From: Candidatus Moraniibacteriota bacterium | GTDB lineage: Bacteria; Patescibacteriota; Minisyncoccia; Moranbacterales; UBA1568 | Assembly (NCBI GenBank): GCA_037133435.1 | Contig: JBAXOD010000004.1 | Span: 90-64,089 of the forward strand | Direction of reading: 5' to 3' | DNA length: 64,000 nt | In this document: in pieces, positions 28,925 to 37,606 of the stretch | How the letters are laid out: each line of letters opens with the position of its first letter | How positions within the stretch are numbered: the stretch's first letter is position 1 | Notes under the pieces: model-generated | What the model saw: only the letters and a program-made list of their open reading frames with translations | Told to the model about the DNA's origin: nothing | The model's database searches: none | Translations under genes and position numbers: made by a program

Positions 28925-29242
28925 TCAATCCGCCGCGTGTTCCTTCATCTCCAATTTCGATATGATTACGGAGAGAATCTTCTTCAGTTCGACCGACTCC
29001 AGTTCCAGCCCCTCAATCCTTCGGCTCATATCCGGATTGGCCTCAATAATCAGCTCCAGCCAGAAATGAGTCTCCTTAGCTTCTTTCCTTGAAATACGCA
29101 GGCGCATGAGTCTGTCCTTCTTGCCCAAGGCATCGTTCGCTTCACGATAATTCGCGCCCACTGAACCTGCCGACCGTATTATCTGACTGACAAGCTTATC
29201 ATTGACGATATTTACAGGGAGCTCCCGGCACATCCGAATCAC
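28925..29242 (-). CDS. Four-helix-bundle protein (TIGR02436, 23S-IVS-type), N-terminally truncated.
   Basis: LVSQIIRSAGSVGANYREANDALGKKDRLMRLRISRKEAKETHFWLELI matches helices 2-4. The first ~25-aa helix is absent. GTG start, with an AT-rich repeat-laden region upstream. Confidence 0.6.
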   Translation of the reverse strand: MIRMCRELPVNIVNDKLVSQIIRSAGSVGANYREANDALGKKDRLMRLRISRKEAKETHFWLELIIEANPDMSRRIEGLELESVELKKILSVIISKLEMKEHAAD

Positions 29243-29405
29243 ACGCTTTGCAAATATAAGAGTGCGCTCTTCTCAATCGAAATCTTTATGAGTTGTCGGG
29301 TCTTGATTCTTACTCATCACTCTCTCTTTTGATGATTGGATTTCGGTTGTTCTTCTCCCCATTGGTGATTGGAACTTGATTCTTGGTTATTATCGCTTAG
29401 GCAGT

Positions 29406-30731
29406 CTAGCGACCTATAGAATGGTATTCGAATCCAAGCCCTTTCATTTTCTTCGGATCATACAAGAGACGTCCGTCGAATACGACCGGCTCGCTCAGTG
29501 ACTTTTTGATACGGTCGAAGTCCGGCGTGCGGAATTCCTTCCATTCGGTGACGACGATCATCGCGTCGGCGCCCGTTAGCGCCTCATACTTGTCATCGAA
29601 ATACGTGATAGACGGATTGTCACCGAAATATTCCGGCGTCTTCGCCATCTTCATCGCCTCCGGATCGTGCGCCCGGATGGTCGCTCCACGCTCGATGAGT
29701 ATGTTGACGACCGATATCGCCGGAGATTCGCGCATATCGTCGGTTCCGGCCTTGAATGCCAATCCCCATATGCCGAACGTTCTCCCGGTCAGGTCCTTGC
29801 CGAATCTGTCCTCAACCATTCCCGAGAGCACGAGTTTCTGCTTCTCGTTGGTATCCAAGGTCTGTCGTAACATGCGGGCATCGTATCCGAAATCGGCCGC
29901 CGTCTTCACCAACGCCTTCACATCCTTCGGAAAACAGGAGCCGCCGAACCCGGCGCTCGCATAAAGGAATGCCTCGCCGATCCGCGGATCGGCACCCATG
30001 GCCTTGCGGACATTCTCGTAATCGGCACCGGCCTTCGAGCAGATATTCGCCAATTCGTTCGAAGCCGAGATCTTCACGGCCAAAAAACAGTTCGAGGCAT
30101 ACTTCACGATCTCGGCCGTCTTCGCGTCCATCGCGAAAAACCGTCCTTCGCGACGCGTGAACGGCGCGTACAGTTCCCGCATCGTCTCGATCGCCTTCGG
30201 ATCGTCGGACCCGACCACGATCCGGCTTGGTTCCAAAAAGTCCTTGACCGCCGTACCCTGCGCCAAAAACTCGGGATTGCTCACTACCTGGAACGGGATC
30301 TCGACGCCACGTATTTCTAATTGCTCTGCGATCTTTGCCGCGACGAGTTCCGCGGTTCCGACCGGCACCGTCGACTTGTCGACCACGACGATCTCGTGAT
30401 CCATGCATCGTCCGAGGTCGGTCGCCACCCCCAGAACGTGAGAAAGGTCGGCGCTCCCGTCCTCGTTCGGCGGAGTACCGACGGCGATGAAGACGATGTC
30501 GCTTCCCTTGAGGGCCGTCTCGAAATCGGTCGTAAACGTGAGCGTCCCGTTCTTCAGGTTCCGCAAGACGAGTTCGTCGAGTCCCTTCTCGTGAAGCGGC
30601 GCTTTCCCGGACTCGAACTTGTCGATCTTGTTCTGGTCCTTGTCGACACAGACGACGGTATTGCCCATTTCCGCGAAGCACACGCCCGTCACCGAACCGA
30701 CATACCCCGTCCCAATCACTGCGATATTCAT
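29406..30731 (-). CDS. ugd: UDP-glucose 6-dehydrogenase.
   Basis: MNIAVIGTGYVGSVTG..., GFGGSCFPKD catalytic Cys. 441 aa. Confidence 0.9.
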   Translation of the reverse strand: MNIAVIGTGYVGSVTGVCFAEMGNTVVCVDKDQNKIDKFESGKAPLHEKGLDELVLRNLKNGTLTFTTDFETALKGSDIVFIAVGTPPNEDGSADLSHVLGVATDLGRCMDHEIVVVDKSTVPVGTAELVAAKIAEQLEIRGVEIPFQVVSNPEFLAQGTAVKDFLEPSRIVVGSDDPKAIETMRELYAPFTRREGRFFAMDAKTAEIVKYASNCFLAVKISASNELANICSKAGADYENVRKAMGADPRIGEAFLYASAGFGGSCFPKDVKALVKTAADFGYDARMLRQTLDTNEKQKLVLSGMVEDRFGKDLTGRTFGIWGLAFKAGTDDMRESPAISVVNILIERGATIRAHDPEAMKMAKTPEYFGDNPSITYFDDKYEALTGADAMIVVTEWKEFRTPDFDRIKKSLSEPVVFDGRLLYDPKKMKGLGFEYHSIGR

Positions 30732-30744
30732 ATGGATGCGATTA

Positions 30745-31686
30745 CTACGAGTTGATTGTCTCTCGTATCGAATAGTTCATTCTCCCGCGCTGCCGATAGT
30801 AGGTCTTCACCGAGATGTCGACGAGGATGCCGAAGACGAAAAGCTGCACGCCGACGAGGATGAGCAACGTTCCCACGAGCGGCCAGATGCGTTCCGAAAG
30901 CGATGCCCCGAAGAAAACCTTGTCGAGGAACATCCAGAACAGTATGGCCAGGCCGAGCATGACGGACACGATACCCGTCCCTCCGAAAAGATGGAGCGAA
31001 CGGTACGAGTATTTCCTCCAGAACCACAGGAACACCATGTCGACGAATCCCTTGATGCCCCGTTTCCAATTATATTTCGTCTTGCCGTGGACGCGCGGGT
31101 GATGCGATACCTTCACCTCGGTCACGCGGAATCCGTCGAGCAGCAGGAGAGCCGGAATGAATCGGTGCATCTCCCCGAACAGATCGACGCCGTCGAAGCA
31201 TTCCCGTCGGAACGCTTTCAGGCTGCATCCGGAATCATGGATACCGTCCTTGATGAGCAGTCCGCGCAGCACGTTCGCCGTCCGCGAAAAGAATTTCTTC
31301 ATGAAAGAATCCTTGCGCTTGTGCCGCCAACCGGACACGACGTCGTATCCCGCTTCGATCTGTTCGATAAGCGCGGCGAAATCCGCCGGATCGTTTTGCA
31401 GGTCGCCGTCCATCGTGATGATGATATCCCCGGTCGCGGCCTTGATGGCGGCATCGAACGCGGCCGTCTGCCCGAAATTCTTGCGGAAGCACACGAGCCG
31501 GAGCGGCGACAGTCCTTCGCAATCCGCGACCGTCTTGTCCGTCGAACCGTCATCGACGAAGATGATCTCGTACGGTTTCCCCATCCTGTCGAGCGACTCC
31601 TTGATCCGTCGATGCTGCTCCCTGACGTTCCCCTCCTCGTTGTAGAGCGGCACCACCACCGACACATACGGCCTTGATCCGTCCAT
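30745..31686 (-). CDS. GT2 glycosyltransferase (polyprenol-phosphate hexosyltransferase, GtrB/DPM1-like) with 2 C-terminal TM helices.
   Basis: YVSVVVPLYNEEGN... IITMDGDLQNDP. Confidence 0.8.
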   Translation of the reverse strand: MDGSRPYVSVVVPLYNEEGNVREQHRRIKESLDRMGKPYEIIFVDDGSTDKTVADCEGLSPLRLVCFRKNFGQTAAFDAAIKAATGDIIITMDGDLQNDPADFAALIEQIEAGYDVVSGWRHKRKDSFMKKFFSRTANVLRGLLIKDGIHDSGCSLKAFRRECFDGVDLFGEMHRFIPALLLLDGFRVTEVKVSHHPRVHGKTKYNWKRGIKGFVDMVFLWFWRKYSYRSLHLFGGTGIVSVMLGLAILFWMFLDKVFFGASLSERIWPLVGTLLILVGVQLFVFGILVDISVKTYYRQRGRMNYSIRETINS

Positions 31687-31796
31687 AAGGCGAAAACATG
31701 AATGGTATACTCGTATTCTAGCGACAAAAACGCTTCCTGGCAAACCTCAAGCGTAAGAAAAAAGCCCCGTCTTGAGGCTTTTCGACGGAAGCTGAT

Positions 31797-32519
31797 TCAA
31801 CGCCGTCTCCGTATTATCCAGAACGCGAACGCGACGATGGCAATCGCACCCAGGGATCCGACAACGAGTACGAATATCCTACTATTGTCCTGTGTCGTCG
31901 TCGAAACCGGTTGCGTCGGTGCAACATCGGTCGGCTGCGGAGGCATGCCGACGGGCGTATAATCGCGGAGTTGCGTTTCTCCGGTATTCGGATTCTTGAT
32001 GGTGCCGCCGCTCTTATCGAGCAGTGTCTTCGTCTCCGGGCTGAACTCAACTTTGCCCGACGCACAGTCGGAAAGACAAGTATTGATATTCTCGCCCTTC
32101 TCGTACTCGCAAATACCATTCGCATTACAGGTCACGAAATCCGCAAGACTCCCTTCGAGAAGAACCGCCCCGGTTTTGACCAAAGTGAGTTGGAACCGAT
32201 TCACGATACTGAAATACGGGACCTCGAACGAATTCTTACCTTGCGGAATATCGAAGTGCGTGGAAACCGCTTTCGCCCCGCTCACATCGAACATATCAAG
32301 ACTGTACGGACCGGCGTGCGTCGACTTCGAAAAACCCAACAATGAAAATGCGGGGTCATCAATTTTCGCTATCGTTTTGGATACAGACGCATCCAGTGTG
32401 ATCTTATCTCCATTTCGTTCAAGATGAAAAACCCAGGCATCCTCGGCAGAAGCCTTAGAGAAAGGTGTCAGCGCGAGAAGAAGGAACGAAGCGGCAATCA
32501 GGCCTAGACGATATTTCAT
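31797..32519 (-). CDS. Exported protein with a signal peptide and a C-terminal TM anchor.
   Basis: MKYRLGLIAASFLLLALTPFSKASA ... IFVLVVGSLGAIAIVAFAFWIIRRRR. Confidence 0.4.
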   Translation of the reverse strand: MKYRLGLIAASFLLLALTPFSKASAEDAWVFHLERNGDKITLDASVSKTIAKIDDPAFSLLGFSKSTHAGPYSLDMFDVSGAKAVSTHFDIPQGKNSFEVPYFSIVNRFQLTLVKTGAVLLEGSLADFVTCNANGICEYEKGENINTCLSDCASGKVEFSPETKTLLDKSGGTIKNPNTGETQLRDYTPVGMPPQPTDVAPTQPVSTTTQDNSRIFVLVVGSLGAIAIVAFAFWIIRRRR

Positions 32520-32532
32520 AAGAATGCCGTTA

Positions 32533-33660
32533 CTATTTACAGTTGCTATAGTAGGTCTCGACACGACCGCAATAATCATTTGTACTTTTGGCACAATTAT
32601 TCGGTTGCCCGGTATTCCAGCAGGAAGCGACCTGTCGGATATCGGTCGTAGTGCATCTACTCTTCTCATGATTTATAAGCCATGCCGTACAGTTCATATC
32701 AAGCGTGATATCGTTCTGAATCTTCGTGCACGTCTCAGTCTGAGTGCCAGTTATACCACACGCCGTCCTATTCGCCGGCAACAGCTGACCGTATCCGCAT
32801 GAACCTTTCCCATCACTCGAGACCGATTTATTGCAACCTTCACCACCCTGAATAATAGCCATGATGACGTTCGAAGCAACGCCGAATGTATTATTTTTTA
32901 TAGCATTGACAATCGAGGCATTGGTGGCGCATGTTCCGTTCGTACAGGTCCCCGTCCCACCGCTGCCCGCCGACGTATACGTGTACGGCACGTTCGTGTT
33001 CGCGTTGGTGAGCGCCGTCGACGTCGTGAGCGACGTATCGGATTCGATCGAGGCAACCGTTACGGACTGGCCGTTGATAGTGATCGTATCGCCGACTTTG
33101 AGCGTCGACTTGAACGTGGTACCCGTACCGGTAACCGTCGTCGAGCCCGCCTCATTCGATACGGTACCGACTCCGTTCTGCGTCGTCGTACCGACACCCG
33201 TTCCCGTCGCCGTACCGGCCGACGACGTCGTATCGCAGTTCATCTGGAACCCGTGAGCGATACTGAACGACGCCCCGACCCCGAAATCGGTTTTGGCGGG
33301 CATGAGCCAATAAATGATCAGGTTGACGATAAGCCAGGCGAACAGTACGATCGCGATACCGGAAAGCGTGGTCCACAGACCCTTCTTCGCCGTGGTGATA
33401 AGTCCCTCGTTCCCGGCGGAGACGATATAGAGCACGCCCATCGCCGTGATGATGGACAGGCCCAGAAACATCATCACCGCGAAGAAATAGTCGACGATGT
33501 TCTTGATGCCGATGAAGAAATGACAGAGCGTGCACGGCGCTTCCGTGGGACCGCCGCACGGAACGACACCCGCCGCCCGAACCAAAGAAGGCGCGAATGC
33601 GACCGCCAATATGACAAGAGACACGGCGAGGACGACGCGGAACGATTTCGATCGGATCAT
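32533..33660 (-). CDS. TrbC/VirB2-like pilin-family protein with a long Thr/Gly- and Cys-rich C-terminal extension.
   Basis: Signal peptide, then CGGPTEAPCTLCHFF..., then two TM helices with SAGNEGL...KKGLW...IVNLIIYWL (VirB2-like pattern), then a ~230-aa T/G/C-rich domain. Confidence 0.45.
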   Translation of the reverse strand: MIRSKSFRVVLAVSLVILAVAFAPSLVRAAGVVPCGGPTEAPCTLCHFFIGIKNIVDYFFAVMMFLGLSIITAMGVLYIVSAGNEGLITTAKKGLWTTLSGIAIVLFAWLIVNLIIYWLMPAKTDFGVGASFSIAHGFQMNCDTTSSAGTATGTGVGTTTQNGVGTVSNEAGSTTVTGTGTTFKSTLKVGDTITINGQSVTVASIESDTSLTTSTALTNANTNVPYTYTSAGSGGTGTCTNGTCATNASIVNAIKNNTFGVASNVIMAIIQGGEGCNKSVSSDGKGSCGYGQLLPANRTACGITGTQTETCTKIQNDITLDMNCTAWLINHEKSRCTTTDIRQVASCWNTGQPNNCAKSTNDYCGRVETYYSNCK

Positions 33661-33733
33661 AACTGCAAGTGATTCGTTTTGTATTTACCGTCTACCGTCG
33701 ACACTCTTTCACGCGTATATCGTACCATATCTA

Positions 33734-33783
33734 AGTATCTATCTCAAATCTCACGACGCTCATAAGCGGAAAAGAGAGATACT
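33734..33783. mobile_element. Internally deleted MITE remnant (left TIR plus a partial right TIR, about 50 bp).
   Basis: agtatctatctcaaatctcacgacgctcataagcggaaaagagagatact. Confidence 0.5.
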
Positions 33784-33811
33784 GACACGTTCACAAAAGC
33801 GTCCCGGGTAT

Positions 33812-34771
33812 TCAGGTCCGGTAATATTCCCGGTACCACGAGACGAACTTCGCGATGCCGTCGTCGATATGGGTCGTGGGCGCCCAACCGAGCGCACGCA
33901 GTTTCGAGATATCCGCGACCGTACGGGTCACGTCACCTGGTTGCATCGGGAGCATTCGCTTCTCGACAATCTTGCCGGCGTGTTTTTCGACCGCCCCGAT
34001 ATAATCCGAAAGCGCCTCATCCCGGTCACCACCGATATTCATGACGCTGCCCGGCGGTAAATCGGCATCGAGCGTGACAAGCGTCCCGGATACGATGTCG
34101 TCGATATAGGTGAAGTTTCGTCGCATATTCCCACCGTTGTAGAGATCGATCGGTTTCCCCTCGATGATATTTCGTACGAATGTGAACACACCCATGTCCG
34201 GCCGTCCCCACGGACCGTACACCGTGAAGAATCGTAGTCCGGTCGTTTTCAGTCCATGCACGTGCCCATAGACGTCGGCAAGGAGTTCCGTCGCCTTCTT
34301 CGTCGCGGCATAGACCGATACCGGATGTTCGACCGGGTCGGATTCGGAAAACGGCACCTTGGCATTCTCTCCGTAGACCGAGGAAGAAGATGCATACACG
34401 AAATGCTTCGTACCGTACTTCCGGGCGCATTCGAGTATGTTAAGTGTCCCCATCACGTTCACATCGGCATACAGTTCGGGCCGTTCGAGCGAATACCGTA
34501 CCCCGGCCATCGCCGCCAGATGAACGATCTTTTCCGGGCGTTCCTTCTCAAAAACGGTATCAAGAAACGCCTTGTCACGGATGTCTCCTTCATACAAGCG
34601 GAACTTCCCCTCATATCCGGCGAGAAATATCGAAATCCGGTCGCGCTTGAGCTGCGGATCGTAGTAATCGTTGAAATTGTCGATGAGTATCGGCGTATCG
34701 CCGCGCTCCATCAAAGCCTTGGCCACCGCCGACCCGATGAATCCCGCCCCGCCGGTCACGAGTATGTTCAT
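33812..34771 (-). CDS. NAD-dependent epimerase, UDP-glucuronate 4-epimerase-like.
   Basis: MNILVTGGAGFIGSAVAKAL... YASSSSVYG... YAATKKATELLADVY. Adjacent to ugd. Confidence 0.8.
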   Translation of the reverse strand: MNILVTGGAGFIGSAVAKALMERGDTPILIDNFNDYYDPQLKRDRISIFLAGYEGKFRLYEGDIRDKAFLDTVFEKERPEKIVHLAAMAGVRYSLERPELYADVNVMGTLNILECARKYGTKHFVYASSSSVYGENAKVPFSESDPVEHPVSVYAATKKATELLADVYGHVHGLKTTGLRFFTVYGPWGRPDMGVFTFVRNIIEGKPIDLYNGGNMRRNFTYIDDIVSGTLVTLDADLPPGSVMNIGGDRDEALSDYIGAVEKHAGKIVEKRMLPMQPGDVTRTVADISKLRALGWAPTTHIDDGIAKFVSWYREYYRT

Positions 34772-35294
34772 ATTTTTTCATTGTTGAATGATTTCATTAT
34801 CATGCCATTTCTCAATTATGCACTCCCTGTAAGGCTGTCTTTGCGAGCCCGTACTCGGGCGTGGCAATCCAGTATTTATGGCAGAGATCTGGACCGCCAC
34901 AGATTTCCGAAGACGAAAATCTTCGCGGAGACGGAGGAAACGGGGGGGTCTTATCTTGGGAATGGTATCTCATTGTTGGATTGATACACGGCTACATTGC
35001 AACACTACTACGCCACTTGTTGCATTGTCTCATTGTTTCATTGTCGAATCAATCCATACGATGCTCATCCGATGCTCATCCATCCATTTCTCACTCAATG
35101 AACTACCCCGCGGCAAGCCACGAGGTATCCCCCGACTTGTCATCCCGGACTTGATCCGGGATCCAGTCCCACTCCGTGAGACATATCCGCGGCGAGCAGC
35201 GAGGAATTAACCCTAAAAAAGATTAACTGTAACCCTAGAAAACAACGATTATGGCTAAAGAGAGCCATATTTACTTAGACATTAGTGCCGAACA

Positions 35295-35323
35295 TTGACA
35301 AGTATGTTATCATGGTGTATAAT
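35295..35323 (+). promoter_or_regulatory. Consensus sigma70 promoter (TTGACA, 17 nt spacer, TATAAT).
   Basis: ttgacaagtatgttatcatggtgtataat. Confidence 0.55.
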
Positions 35324-35379
35324 ACATTTTACAAAGTGATAGTAGTGATAGTCGGCCAAAAAATTTATCAGGGGAAAAT

Positions 35380-35538
35380 ATGGACAAGCTGTTTTCAAAT
35401 TTCGAATGGTATCGTCGTTGGACACGGGATAACTGGGTCCTTATTGATACCGGCAAAGTCACAACGTGGCTCCGCGGCAATTCCGCAAAGATAGTGCGGA
35501 CACACAGCTATACATTCGTCCGTAGGGACGCAGAGTAA
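35380..35538 (+). CDS. Small ORF (52 aa), basic, with an AGGGGA RBS. Not in the track (under 60 aa).
   Basis: MDKLFSNFEWYRRWTRDNWVLIDTGKVTTWLRGNSAKIVRTHSYTFVRRDAE. It sits between a consensus promoter and a terminator. Confidence 0.4.
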   Translation: MDKLFSNFEWYRRWTRDNWVLIDTGKVTTWLRGNSAKIVRTHSYTFVRRDAE

Positions 35539-35558
35539 CTGTGATACCACCGCCTTTT

Positions 35559-35596
35559 GACCTTCACGAAATGAAATCGTGGAGGTCGTTTTTTTA
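35559..35596 (+). terminator. Intrinsic terminator.
   Basis: gaccttcacgaaatgaaatcgtggaggtcgttttttta (10-bp stem with one G.U pair, then a T-run). Confidence 0.65.
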
Positions 35597-36070
35597 TGTC
35601 TCGATAACTTTGACACCTTTCGGGAGGTCAGAGAAAGTCACTTCGATGACTTCAATCGGATGAACCGTTTCCGGACTCCTGCAATCCATTCCCCTGAAAT
35701 CACCAAATTTTCTTTTGTCCAAAACATATACATAACCGATTTTGTCTTTCGCCCGCTCCATCAATATTTGGCCGGCCGTAAAATGTAATTGATCATGATC
35801 ATCTATTCCCGTCTTATTCTCGAATTCCTTGCCATGTATCAATGACCTGAAAATGGCGCAATCGGCGTACGTGCTCGCGAAAACCGCCGGTTCGCCATCG
35901 TTCTCATGTCGACCCGTCTCCTCATCATAGCCACAAGCCTGATGCGGTTCCAAAGCCTCGACACGTTCGTACGAACCATGAAAGACATATTTTCCTTCTT
36001 TTTCCAAGGACAACAGTCGTTCGCGTGCGGCACTTATCTGTTCCTTATTGTTCGGCTGATCGAAATTCAT
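35594..36070 (-). CDS. Hypothetical protein (158 aa) in an AT-richer islet.
   Basis: ORF with protein-like composition and no recognisable family. Confidence 0.4.
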   Translation of the reverse strand: MNFDQPNNKEQISAARERLLSLEKEGKYVFHGSYERVEALEPHQACGYDEETGRHENDGEPAVFASTYADCAIFRSLIHGKEFENKTGIDDHDQLHFTAGQILMERAKDKIGYVYVLDKRKFGDFRGMDCRSPETVHPIEVIEVTFSDLPKGVKVIET

Positions 36071-36174
36071 AGGTTATCGACAAAATACATTTGAATTCAG
36101 ATTTCGACTCCGTACCGCAGTCGAAATCCAATACACCGATACAAACCTTACATTGGAAATTGATTAATATCACC

Positions 36175-36226
36175 TGCTCCCCTTTCGGAGGGGAGCTCCT
36201 GAATCTTCGAGGGTGAGGGGTGGGAG
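36175..36226. repeat. REP-like element, family R1, copy d.
   Basis: ctgctcccctttcggaggggagctcctgaatcttcgagggtgaggggtgggag. Confidence 0.55.
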
Positions 36227-36337
36227 AAATTCCATATGTCGCCACGCTGTAGCCTCGACACAAGTCGATTCCCTGCCCGCTCATCCCTACAAGCGGGTCC
36301 GTTCACTTCGCCTTGCGGTGATGTAGCGGATTATCTG

Positions 36338-37534
36338 CTATCTGACTCGTGCTATCGCTTCTTTCAGATATTCCACATATTCCCTGTCATCGGCGTCCGT
36401 CGTCACGTACTTGGAAAGAGCGGTTTTTCGAGCCTGCTCACCGATGCGTTTCCGAAGATCGGGATCGGTGATGAGACGTTCGAGCTTCTCCTCCCACTGC
36501 GCTTCGTCTGCGGCCACGAACCCGTCCACACCGTCCGTGATCGCCTCGCGGAAGGTCCGCGTGACGCAAGCGACCGTCGGCACCCCGAGAATGCCCGCCT
36601 CGAAGAATTTCAGTTCCGACTTCCCCTCGCAGAACGGATTGCCGATCTCAAGTGGCGCGATGATGATATCCGACTGGGAAATGTTTTCGAAATGTCTTTG
36701 ACGCGGGACATAATGCATCCGCTCGATCCGGCCAGAAAACACCTCGAACCGGTCATCGATCGTGAGCGGTCCGACGAGCAACAACCGCAACCGCGGATAT
36801 TTTTCCAGAAGATGCAACATCGCCCCGGTGATCGTCCCGAAGTCCTTGTCATGCCCGAGTGAACCGCTGAAATAACCGATCGTCACCGTATCGCGCGCTC
36901 CCGACGCGAGTCGCGCCATGCGCTCCTCGTAAAGCGGGGCTACGGTTTTCACGTCCGACTCGGGAAGTCGGTTCGGGATCACGAAGACGCGTTTCCCTTT
37001 CGTGCGGAGTTCGTCGGCGATGAACGAAGTCGAGGTCGTCGCCACCTTCACGTACGGATCGGCCAGGATCTCGCCGCCGACGCCGTTCTCGTAGAGTTTT
37101 CGTTCCATGGAGTTCATCAGGCGCCAGTAATCCATATGCTTGAGGAACGCCGGATCATGTACGAGGTCATCGGTCTCGAAGATGATCTCTTTTCCTTGTT
37201 TCTTGATCAGGGCGATAAGCTTCGCGACCGACGGCGTGAAGAGAACGCGATGAAAGACGAAGACCGAAAATTTGCCCGCATACGAAGAAAGGCGGGGGTT
37301 GTCCTGCACCGTCACGGACGAGGTGATGCCGCGAAAGCCGATCTCCTCGGCCACATGCTTCGTCCGGAACCGGGCGCTGTCCCCCACCCCGCCGGTGACA
37401 AACAGCACGTCCGCCGGACGCACGCGCCCGAACAGTGCGAGTCCCGCCGGGATGATCCGTTTCATCCCATGGACAAAACCTTCCCGCTTCAGGGTCTGCC
37501 ACGCCTTCCCGATCTTGATCGATAGCAGTCTCAT
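36338..37534 (-). CDS. GT4-fold (group 1) glycosyltransferase.
   Basis: 398 aa. C-terminal GT-B domain with CEGKSELKFFEAGILGVPTVA. Confidence 0.7.
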   Translation of the reverse strand: MRLLSIKIGKAWQTLKREGFVHGMKRIIPAGLALFGRVRPADVLFVTGGVGDSARFRTKHVAEEIGFRGITSSVTVQDNPRLSSYAGKFSVFVFHRVLFTPSVAKLIALIKKQGKEIIFETDDLVHDPAFLKHMDYWRLMNSMERKLYENGVGGEILADPYVKVATTSTSFIADELRTKGKRVFVIPNRLPESDVKTVAPLYEERMARLASGARDTVTIGYFSGSLGHDKDFGTITGAMLHLLEKYPRLRLLLVGPLTIDDRFEVFSGRIERMHYVPRQRHFENISQSDIIIAPLEIGNPFCEGKSELKFFEAGILGVPTVACVTRTFREAITDGVDGFVAADEAQWEEKLERLITDPDLRKRIGEQARKTALSKYVTTDADDREYVEYLKEAIARVR

Positions 37535-37606
37535 ATATTTCTATTGATTCGTTGTCTCATGGTCGGATGGTTCCCATTCCCAATCCCGTCTTCCAACGAA
37601 CGGATA

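Noticed and set aside
30619-31677. 352-aa plus-strand ORF.
   Set aside because: It is antisense to the GT2 glycosyltransferase.
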